From NCBI GenBank assembly GCA_030704615.1, contig CM060732.1, positions 31,806,001-31,870,000 on the forward strand: a DNA stretch of 64,000 nucleotides. Direction: 5' to 3'. The position numbers and the translations under genes were made by a program. This document shows, one piece after another, positions 52,001 through 62,449 of this stretch (the first letter of the stretch is position 1; each line of letters begins with the position of its first letter). The DNA is from Takakia lepidozioides. Its lineage: Eukaryota; Plantae; Bryophyta. Under the pieces are notes generated by a model. The model worked only from the letters and a program-made list of their open reading frames with translations, was not told where the DNA came from and did no database searches.

Positions 52001-52397
52001 ATTTTTTAATTTTAATTTTAATTTTATTTATTTTTAATTTTTAATTTTTAAGGAAAGGGACAAAAGCCCTGTTCATCAAATTAAATAAGAAGGAGTTACA
52101 CAGGGGTGGAAAAAATAACCACCGGGGGGGGGGGGGGTGCGTGAGGCTTACTGAGAGGGAACTTCCCCGGAACCAAAGCAAACATGCTAAGGGAAAGGAG
52201 CAAGGAAACCCAAAGAGATGACTTTGAGAAGGATGGGTCGAGAGAGTGGTGTGGGGGGCCGAGAGAGATGTGGTAGGGATGGGGGGGATTAGAAGCAGGA
52301 TTCACTGAAGAGAAGTAGACAATGTCAGGAAAAAGCAATGAGCTAAGTCTTGAAAAAGACTTGAAACCAGAAGGGGATGCCTGGGGACGATGGAAGT
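52001..52397 (-). mobile_element. LINE 3' end with (TAAAA/TAAAAA)n tail, interrupted by the Gypsy element
   Basis: (tttaa)n tail at 52001-52050. Motif aaaggga-N-agccctg is shared with the LINE 3' end at 14587-14605. Confidence 0.55.
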
Positions 52398-52585
52398 TGT
52401 CGTGCGCATACATATCGCTACACAACTACATCGCTGTCCAAAACCACACAACACATGTGCACGCCACACACTAGTATATCACTAGTCCACCACTAGTCCA
52501 GCCACTAGTCCAACCACTAGGCTACAACTAGTCAGTCACTAGGCTGCCACTATGCTGCCCACTATGGCAGTCACTAGTCCACACA
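52398..52585 (-). repeat. LTR copy A (188 bp)
   Basis: TG...CA ends. 186/188 identical to 52917-53104. Confidence 0.9.
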
Positions 52586-52916
52586 ATAGATAAAGAAGAA
52601 GAATACAAGCACAAGCTCATGCGAGCTCACAAAGCTGAAGCATAAACTCATGCATATATAACCTCATCACTCAAATACAAGTCAAGCCAAGTGCACCCCA
52701 CGCGATGGGGAATCCACACTACGGCGCCATAGCTAGGCGCGGTGAGGCTCAACTCGAGAAAGATGAGCCTCCCGCGCTTGCTGTGAAGATAACCACTCCA
52801 AGGCCTAAATCTGCCTTGACCCCTGGATTGACACTTGGGCCAATCCCAAATGTCAATATGTAAAAGCTAGCTATTTCCTAGCTAGTTTCACACTAGTGGT
52901 ACAATAACTTGACAGC

Positions 52917-53104
52917 TGTCGTGCGCATACATATTGCTACACAACTACATCGCTGTCCAAAACCACACAACACATGTGCATGCCACACACTAGTATATCA
53001 CTAGTCCACCACTAGTCCAGCCACTAGTCCAACCACTAGGCTACAACTAGTCAGTCACTAGGCTGCCACTATGCTGCCCACTATGGCAGTCACTAGTCCA
53101 CACA
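52917..53104 (-). repeat. LTR copy B (188 bp), 3' LTR of the full element
   Basis: Directly follows the polypurine tract (cgcccccctagct on +, 53107-53119). TG...CA ends, internal cactag repeats. Confidence 0.9.
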
Positions 53105-53364
53105 ATCGCCCCCCTAGCTGGTGCTTAGGTCCCTCTAAGTCCAGGTAGCCACAAGATGTGATAGTGACCATAGCCTCACTAAGTCCTCCACCACTATCCC
53201 TACTACACTCAAACTCGATAGATCAAGAGGCCGGGTGCAAGAGTTGCCCCATCGTTAGTCGCCGTCTTACAACCTGTGAACTTGAGCTTGGGATCTCATG
53301 TATTGACTCCTATGAGCTTGGCCTCCCATGTCTTGTTAGCTGCCTCCAGTCATGTCCACTGCCA

Positions 53365-53592
53365 CTATCCCAAGCAGTGTGGACACAACCAATCTCCGTT
53401 AGGAACCTTCTCAAGAGGTGGTGTCAAGCATCCCATATGCCAACCCCTTGAGCATCGATCACACACCAGCATGGTGGCTGCCCCTTTGGCAGACCTACAG
53501 AGCATGCACCTCAAACCTGCAGGTACCACTGCCAAGTTTGGGTCAACTCTGCCATCGACATTGGGAAGGTGACATGGCGCACAATTACGCAC
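53365..53592 (-). pseudogene. PHD finger at the C-terminus of Gypsy pol
   Basis: CMLC...MLVCDRCSRGWHMGCLTPPLEKVPNGDWLCPHC: C4HC3 PHD consensus. Confidence 0.9.
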
Positions 53593-53601
53593 ATGGTTCT
53601 T

Positions 53602-54700
53602 CTAAGTCATGCCATCCCGACCCTCCAAGATCAGGACCCCTGAGGGCAACACCTCTCGAACCCTCAAAATAACACGCCCTACAGTAACATCTAGAGTCGT
53701 AGGAGCAGTCTGCTGCAAATAAACATAGTCACCAGGGCTAAACCTCCGAACCCCAGGACGATATCCTCCACCACATATAGTGGCATACCTCAACGTATCA
53801 CGGTGCTGTGCAATGGCAAGGTTCTCAAAAGCCATGGGCATGACTTTCTTGAACAACTCTGCACGCTGATCACATGCACGTACCCACACGTCCGGATCGT
53901 CAAGGTTAAGGACTTGAGCAGTGTCCCTACGAATGGCTGCAGGCAAATCCGGCTCTCGGCCAAAGAGAAGGAAATATGGTGAAGGAGGCAAGTGATGCTT
54001 GTTTGCTGAACTTGTAGCCCATGGCTAACCAAGGAACCTGAAGATCCCAATCTCATAGGTGTCCCTTCTGCAAGCCATACTTGTGCAAACCCCTCTTCAC
54101 CGTCTGAACAACTCTCTCTGCTAAGCCATCGGCCTCAAGATGATCCCGAGAAGTGGTGCGGTGGTCTATCAAGGCTTTATCACACAAAGTCTGAAACTCC
54201 CCCAAGAACTCTCTCCCTTGGTCCGTGAGTACCTCAGCTGGAGCACCAAATCGCACTGCTGCCTCCTCCATCCGGGAGCTAAGTACACGATCTAAGAATG
54301 CATACGCAGCCCCCTCACTAGCCTTGTCAGGCAATGGAACCAACTCAATCCACTTGGAGAAGTGCTCCACCATCACCAACACATATCTGTGGTGGCGCAT
54401 AGTCAATGGCAACGGTCCTGCGAAGTCAAGACTCCACTTGTAGCCCAATCCCATGATTGGTAAAAGATGCAACTGTGGTGTAGGGGTGTTGAATGAAGCA
54501 CGCACCCTGTCACACACCATGCACCTAGCCACGAACTGTTGTATCTCTGTATGCATACCACGCCACCAATATTACCCTTGCGGTAAACTTTGAGTGCGTC
54601 GCACTCCAAAATGCCCCAACTCCTCATGGGCATGCCGCACTAACCGTGCACGCTGTGTGGGGTGAGGCACAATCCTCACCCGACCATCCTCCCACACTCG
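53602..54700 (-). pseudogene. Gypsy integrase
   Basis: H2C2 zinc motif, DDE core (WSLDFAGP, VLTDQGREF, DGLAERVVQ) and SPYFLLFGREP. Split by frameshifts. Confidence 0.9.
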
Positions 54701-55081
54701 AAGTAGGTGTATCCCCTCCCACTTGAACCTCTTGGCTTGTTGCAGGATCCGATCCCTCTCCCTGGCAGTTACAGTGGCTGTCGTGTCTCCCGTGCGGAGG
54801 TAGTCCAACATAGCCGAATCCCCATGTATATCTTTGGCACCACCTGGCTCATCACTAGCCTCAGGGTCCTCAGATACTCCGTCTACAGTCATCCCTGTTG
54901 TAGGTCCAACCTGACCTCCCGATGCCAAAATACACAAAAATGCAGATGCGTGCCATCTCGGCACCATCTCCTCGTCCGTCTCACCATGTCACCGAGCTCC
55001 AGTATCATCCTGTTGGCTCATGCATGGATTGCAACTCAATCCATCCGCATCCCGATTGACCAAACCCGGTCGATGCACAAC

Positions 55082-56361
55082 CTAAAAGTCATACTCCTGG
55101 AGTATGAGTGCCCACCGTGCAAGCTTCCCCGTAAGCTTGTCTGACTCCATCAACCACTTGAGTGGCTGGTGATCCGTGACAAGGGTGAAAATATTGCCGT
55201 ATAGATAGCACCTGAAGTGTGCCACGGCCCACACTGCAGCTAAGTACTCTCCCTCATATGAGCTGTACTTAGTCTTTGCAGCGTTGTTCGAGCGGCTAGC
55301 ATAAGCCACTACGAACTCTCTTCCCTCATCATCCACCTGTGTGAGCACCGCTCCAAGCCCCAGCATGCTCCAATCCGTATGCAGCTGAAAGGGACGCCCC
55401 CTAATAGGTCGTCTTAGGATAGGCGCCGAGGTCAACCTCGCCTTGAGCTCTTGAAAAGCTCGTTCCTACTCATCTTCCCACTGCCACTCCTGGTCCACCT
55501 TGGTCAGCTTGGTTAGAGCCTTTGCAATGGTACTAAATCCCTTGACAAACCGTCTATAATAGTTTGCCAACCCCATGAAAGCTCGAACTCGGCTCACATC
55601 CGTGGGGCGTGGAATTTGTACAATGGCCTCTACCTTAGTTTGCTGTACCCCCAATCCTCCAGGATATATCATGTGACCCAGATACTCAATCTGGTTGTGG
55701 AAAAACTTGCACTTCCCCGGATGCAACTTCAATCCGTGCGCTCTCAAGCGCTCCAATACCACCTGAAGGTGTCTCTCATGCTCCTCCATCGTAACACTAA
55801 AGATGATGATGTCATCTATGTAGCACCGAACAAAGTCCACCCCTGCTAGAATCCTATCCATGACTCTCTGAAACTCTGCAGGAGCATTCTTAAGCCAAAT
55901 GGTAAGAACCGCCACTGATATAGGCAATCCTTGCCGTGCTCATTGATCCCCCAGAATGCCGTCTTCTGCTTGTCCGCCTCCTTGATTGGCAACTGGTGAT
56001 ATCCGGATCGTAAATCCAAAGTGCTAAAGACCTTAGCATGCCCGATGGCATCAAAGATCTCCTCTGGTGTTGGCATGGCATACTTATCGGACTTGGTCTG
56101 ACGATTTACAGGCCGGTAATCACCGCACATACGTCTCTCCGTCCAATTGCCATAGACATCCTTCTTGGCTGGCATCACTGTGGCTGAAGCATACTCTCCA
56201 CCAGAGAGCTCCACCAAACCTGCCTCCCAGAGATCTTGAGTCCTCATCTGAATCAAAGACCTCTTCATGTCACTATATCTATAGGGTCTCCGAAATATTG
56301 GCGTGTCAGTGGCCAACTCAATACGGATCTCTTGACCCTTCAGTGCTCCCAAGTCTTTCAA
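55082..56361 (-). pseudogene. Gypsy reverse transcriptase and RNase H
   Basis: RMCGDYRPVN, LDLRSGYHQ, LPFGL|KNAPAEFQR, CYIDDIII, EYLGH; LHTDWSMLGLGAVL, YSSYEGE, VTDHQPL. Confidence 0.95.
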
Positions 56362-56809
56362 ACTGAAGGCAAAACAATTCCTGTAAGCCCTCAGGAACCG
56401 CCGTATACGTCGTCTCTCTCCTCCGGTGACAATGGGTCCAATGTCAGGCTCCCAATTGTCCTCCGTAACTACAACCTTAAGTCAGTGGGCTTAGAGGTAG
56501 AGGACGCGTCTAGTGGTTGCTATGTTGCAACCTCTTGAGCAGTACTCCCTACCTGCTCAGTTAGTGACAAGGCCTCATCCTGCCCCATCATCTCATCCTC
56601 AAGGACCTCCTCCAAGAAAAATCCCCAACCTCATCTTTCATCGCCACCTTGGCTGCCAACTCTCTCTGAACCTCGAGCACCTCCCACGTGTGCCATGGAT
56701 GCCTGCACCCCACTCACATGCTCGCCCCCACTCACTGCCTGTACCGTCTTGGTAGGCAGAGAGACCATTGAGGGAAGTGTACTCTGCACTCTTCGTTGCT
56801 CAGCCATAG

Positions 56810-57765
56810 CCAAGCTGATAATCCAGGTCAAGCAATTGAGATCCATTACTTGCCCCAACACTTGACGACGTGATGCCTCAGAAAGAGACGACACACCGTG
56901 GTACCAGTGGTAAAACCCATTGCCCGCTCACGCTCGTCAGCATTAGGCTCCACTAACTGCTGCAACTGAGCATCCCACAGGAGGCCAGGTCCACTATCCC
57001 CGAAAGCATGCGATTCTGGGAAGCTGAGCAGTGTAGGTAATGCTGCTCGTGGTTGACCACCTTGTTGACCACTGCCAAAGGCGAACGGTCATCGTGTCTC
57101 ACACGCTGAGACTGCCTCCCTGTGTCCAGAATGCTATCCACTGTGAGATATGCTGGCCGCTGCACCCCATCAAATGCACACTTGAGCAGTGCGGGTGGCA
57201 TCAAGTTAGTCCACCATAGCCGTGGACGATGAGCCTGACCCCACTGTAGCTGCATCTAGCAACACTGCTGACCCAAGCCACGACCGACTTGATGCACACT
57301 GGCCATCACCCTGGCCCGAGAATCGCCCATCAGTGGCACATTCTCCAAGATGTATGCTGGAGATACAGCTTGATGAAGCTGCAAGTGGCGCAAAACCCGC
57401 ACCATCTCCCAAAACAGACCCGACCTCGAGTCTCGCAATCCATTGCCATGCCCGGCTGATGAATGCCCTTGGCAGGGCCAACCTGCCACTACCAGATCAA
57501 TGGAGCCAACCCGCTCCAAATCCTGCGCCCCCAGCAACGAAATGTCTGCTGGCAAGGCCTGCTGATATCCACGAATTGCAGACACCGACAACAATCAGGG
57601 TACGCTGCACCAACTGAGCAACATGGCGAAGTGAAACGCGTCGTGCAGTCTCATCCCTCTCCACATACAGGTAACGCCGAACTCGTACACTGCCTGTAAT
57701 ACAGCAGCCAATCCGGTGCTGATCCCGCCAAACAAGTCCAGAAGACAAATGCCTTCATCCGGATA
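56810..57765 (-). pseudogene. DNMT3-like C5-cytosine DNA methyltransferase domain within pol
   Basis: Motif I LDLFGGISTG (57712-57741), II VRRYLYVE, IV DLVVAGWPCQG (PC at 57472-57477), VI ILENV (ENV at 57337-57345), VIII AHRPRLWWTNL, IX ERERAMGF, X RRQVLGQVMDL. Correct order, across several frameshifts. Confidence 0.9.
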
Positions 57766-58149
57766 CTACCACACAATAGGTGTGTGGTGTCCAATGGAGA
57801 CAACTGAGGTGGTCCTGGTGCAATCCCGCACTCTCCTCCTCTCCTGACGGTACAAAAGCCTCCACCCAGGCTTGTTGCACCCGTCGATCAGCATCCCGCT
57901 GCAAATCCTTGCTCGTGCCCCACAATGGAGTCTGAGCAACCATGGTAGGCAACTCCGCCATACCATACATGTCATCCTGCTCTCCCGGAGGTGGCACATC
58001 CTCTGAATGAGCGTTGCCCTCAAGCAACTCTCTAGGCCAACTCACTGCCGCTGTGAATGCTGCTAGTGTCGGCATCTTGCCTTGCTGGGCAACCGCAACT
58101 CCCCTATGAATGTCACAGGGAGCTGCACACGCCGGCCCTCCCCTGACTG

Positions 58150-58560
58150 CCATGCAGGCCTATAGGAAGCTGACTCCTCCCAAAAATCCAGGGTGAAGCC
58201 CATGGGATACAACACTGCCCCACCAACCAGGACATCGTATGAGACCACGTCTGTCACAATGGCCTTGGCTCGCATCACTGAGCCATCTGTAGGGTGATCC
58301 GGCCGTAGTCTGATAGCCAACTCACGCCGTGTCATGCCCCGAGCCTGCTCCGATCCTCCAGAGACGTCTGTATCTGGAAAGGACAAGGCTCCATATCCGC
58401 CTCCGTGAGGCCCAAGCCTGCAATAGCAGCTCTGCCCAACATCAATGGCTGAGCTCCCGAGTCCAACAAGACCCGCAGTGGCCGGTACCTCTTGCCTGCC
58501 GGTCCACTCAAACTGCCATCCTGGTTGTCTAACATGACGACTCCAGGTGTCACCATGGCG
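58150..58560 (-). pseudogene. retropepsin aspartic protease
   Basis: RVLLDSGAQPLMLG and SYDVLVGGAVL. Confidence 0.85.
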
Positions 58561-59393
58561 CGCTCAATGGCTGGCCTAGCTGGCAGCTCCATCAACCTGG
58601 CAGTTGTAGCTTGCCATGGCGCCGCCGTGGCAGTCTTGACCCTGAAATCCGAGGATCCCTCCGGCACTACACCTCCCACTATCTCCGCAGAAGATGAAGT
58701 AACCTCCCCACTCTCACAGAGTGTAGCTGCCAGCCTGAACACCTCAGCTGGTCTTACCCGGCGTCGCAATCATGGTAGCCGAGAACAATGGAGCCTGACA
58801 CACAGATGTGGCCGCTCCTAGCAGCACACTAGCTGCCGTAGCCTTGGCAACACTAGGTAGTGGTGCTACCCGTGTAGCTCTCCCCAATGGTAACCTCCAC
58901 CTCGGTAACAGTCGGGGCGAGAACTAGGTGCCATGGATGGCGTCGACACTGTCTCCGCCAATGTGAATGACTGAGGAAGCCTAGCCTGACGGCTTGCCTC
59001 CCCACGCTGTGGATCCAACTCCACCTCTGCACCTCGTGGCTCAGGAACTCGTGCTGCTCCTCAAGTCACGGCTGCAGCAGACTCCACCTGCACTAGTGGT
59101 AGTGCTGCTCCACACATGAATCCCATGCCTCCCATATCTCCTCCCTCAGGAGCAGGAGGTGGACCATCCGGCCTTAGCCGCCGGTACCACCTGAGCTGTA
59201 GCCATGGCAGCGAGCCTCTGCTCTAGCTGCTGAAGCCGGTTGGCCATGCCTTGGTCAACACCCTGACCTCCGCGTCCTTGGCCATGTTGAGTTTGCCCTT
59301 GGCCTGCACCTCGTGGCTGGCCACCTCGTCCTCTCTGGGCTGCTCCACCGCCCCGGCCACCATTGTTCCCTTGGAAACTGGCCTGGGCGCAAC

Positions 59394-60435
59394 TCAGGAT
59401 GCAAACCATAACACTGGCCTCTCCATGCCGTGCTTGCCACAATGCCCACACTGCAACTGTGCAGGCTGTGCATGTGCCGACCCTTTGCCTCCCTCTGGGC
59501 AATCCTTCTTGACATGCAATGAAAGGGAGAGCCCTGCACTGAGGTCCTCTCTGCCTTCCCTGAGCTTCACCTGAGCCCCCTTGTTGCCTTGAGCACGTTG
59601 AGGTAGTGGTTGGCTAGGAGCACCACTACCCCGTGGTGTCTCCTTAGCAAATCCCACCATGACCACTCGTTCCTCCACCATGTTGAGCTCTATCCGCTCT
59701 GCCAGCAAAAACACATTTGCTAAGGTGGGTTGGGCCGCTTGTAGGAGAGTTGCATCCCGCACCCTTCTCCTCAGCTCCTTGTCCAATATCCCATACCAGA
59801 ATTGGACTGCCTGAGCTTCCGTAACCCCTTGGGTTACATTTATCAAGCGCCTCATGCGAGTGAAAGCCTCCCTCAAGCTCTCGGTCGGCTTCCGTTGGAA
59901 CTCTTGCAAGCTCCGCAACTTCTCTGTCCTCACCCCTTGGTAGTTCCCTCTCAACTCTTCGAAGAACTCACAAACAGGGTTGAAGGCAGGCACGGGTAGT
60001 GCTGGTGCGGTAGTGGCTTGGGTGGACGTCGTAGCTACTGTACCACCAGTCCCACTAGTCCCACTGCTACTTGCTGAAGCTGCCGGTGCAGCGGCAGGTG
60101 TAGCCACTGCCCTCGTGGCTCTAGTGCCCCTAGTGATGGAGACATAGTCGGGTGACAGTACATCCTCCACTCCTCGATCTCAACCTCATGCCCCCGCCTG
60201 AACTCATGGTAATCATCATAGGCGGCCCCTCAAGGTGCTGAAACAGCCCCTTCCATGCCATGAAAGGCGTAAATAGTTGTGGATTGCGCATTTGCTGCAA
60301 ATCACACCAACTATCAAACTCTTGGATAAAATCATCCAAACTCGATGGTGCCCACCGCCCCAGAGTACCTTCGTGGCCCCTTGGTAGCTCCATACATCTC
60401 CTCCATTGTGTCCCACAACAATGGCAAGGAAACAA
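59394..60435 (-). pseudogene. gag
   Basis: LDDFIQEFDSWCD, LQEFQRKPTESLREAFTRMRRL (retrotransposon gag-like) and C-terminal zinc-knuckle remnants (HVKKDCP, CGHCGKHG). Confidence 0.8.
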
Positions 60436-61270
60436 CTTGCACCGCCGGTATGAGTCTCCGATTCACAATCCGAATCAGAACCTTCCATAGAAGACACAGG
60501 AGGTGAAGGTGGCCTAAACCGCACACCTCGTCTCGTGTACCCACTAGTATCGCTAGTGCTCGAACCGGCACTGTCCCAGCAACTAGTGGCACCTCCGTGT
60601 TGACACTCAACCGGTCATGAACATGTCCCTAACCCCCTCTCCACAAGGTAACCGGGTAGAGAACCTGTTGCGGCTTATGGTTTGGAATACTAAGTTCCTA
60701 CATAGCCTACACCTGTACCTGCATCCACCGCAAGCACTCCTATGGTTGGCTGGTCATCACCTCCAACCTCACCACAGGAGAGAAACAATGATGGTCTGGC
60801 TGGTCATCACCCCAGCCTCCATCGACAGCATGCTCTAGGACTGGCCGGTGATCAAATCCGGACCAATCACCTATAAAAACAAGCGCCCACACAAAACTAG
60901 CATGGCGCACAGTCAAGCATGCAGGTATGGAGGGGGTCCAAACACAAGAAATCAGAACGACAACTCCCCCACACCAAAAACAACTCCACGGTGTTGCTCC
61001 TGCAAGGACACCCCAGCCCAAACCCGGACTGACTCTTGCCTCCACCTATGGAAAGGTCTTGGCCTAATGAGAGGGTGGAAACTACGAGGAAGAGAAGCTA
61101 AAGCAATGCCTAACCCCAGCATGCCCTCATCCCAACACTCTTCCTCTCCTCTCTTCCCTCACTTGCATGACCATGGGAATCATGAAGATACTCCTCAAAA
61201 ACGCCCTCCACGAGCTTCAAAATTCGGCCTTCAAGACCACATGCCAGTCCTTAGGCAGTCCATCAGTGCC

Positions 61271-62449
61271 TCCACAGCCATCACAGCCCTACACAGGTCA
61301 CAGGGTCACCGCCCCACAGGCCGCAGCCTGTCACAGCCCATCACAACCCCAAAGCCACAGGCACAGCCTGTCACAGCCCTACAAAGGTCACAGGGTCACA
61401 GCCCCAAAGGCCACAGCCTATCACAGCCCTTCACAGCCCCATAGGCCACAGGGCACAGCCTATCACAGCCCGTCACAGCCCGTCACAGCCCCACAGGCCA
61501 CAGGGCACAGCCTATCCCAGCCCGCCACAGCCCGTCACAGCCCGTCACAGCCCCACACAGGTCACAGGGGTCACAGCCCCAAAGGCCACAGTCTGTCACA
61601 GCCCGTCACAGCCCCACACAGGTCACAGGGGTCACAGCCCCGAAGGCCACAGCCCCTCACAGCCCGTCACAGCCCCACAGGCCACAGGGCACAGCCCGCC
61701 ACAGCCTGTCATAGCCCCCTCACAGCCCATCACAGCGTGTCACAGCCCGTCACAGCCCCACAGGCCACAGGGCACAGCCCACCACAGCCTGTCACAGCCC
61801 ATCACAGCCCCACAGGCCACAGGGCACAGCCTGTCACAGCCCGCATAACCATCACAACCCATCACAGCCTATCATAGCTCGCCACAGCCCGTCACAGCCC
61901 GTCACAGCCCCACAGGCCACAGGCCACAGCTTGTCACTGCCCCTTATAGCCCGTCACAGCCCCACAAGCCACAGGGCACAGCCTGTCACAGCCCCTCATA
62001 GCCCGTCACAGCCCCACAGGCCACTGGGCACAGCCTGTCACAGCCCGCCACAGCCATCACAGCCCATCATAGCCTGTCACACCTTGTCACATCCCGTCAC
62101 AGCCCCACAAATCACAGGGCACAGCCTGTCCACAGCCCCTCATAGCCCGTCACAGCCCCACAGGCCACAGGGCACAGCCTGTCAGCCCCTCATAGCCCGT
62201 CACAGCCCCACAGGCCACTGGGCACAGCCTGTCACAGCCCCTCACAGCCCCACAGGCCACAGGGCACAGCCTGTCACAGCCCCTCACAGCCCGTCACACA
62301 GCCCACACAGCCACATGGCATAGCCTGTCACAGCCCCTCACAGCCCATCACAATATGTCACAACCCGTCACAGCCCCACAGGCCACAGGGCACAGCCCAC
62401 CACAGCCTATCACAGCCCATCACAGCCTGTCACAGCCCCACAGGCCACT
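61271..62449. repeat. ~1.2 kb (cacagcc)-based minisatellite inside the Gypsy 5' region
   Basis: Dense degenerate repeats of cacagccc/gtcacagcc/cacagggcacagcc. Confidence 0.95.

Noticed and set aside
52398-53104. A single 707-bp LTR with terminal repeats
   Set aside because: The matching sequence at 63863 is not preceded by the 188-bp repeat, so the middle part is internal leader and the LTR is 188 bp.
56810-57765. Host DRM/CMT/MET1 gene or bacterial contamination
   Set aside because: Intronless, non-permuted, without BAH/chromo/UBA domains, and collinear on the same strand between protease and RT.
61167-62323. Long ORFs 61167-61877 and 61931-62323
   Set aside because: Translations of the stop-poor cacagcc minisatellite, antisense to the element.
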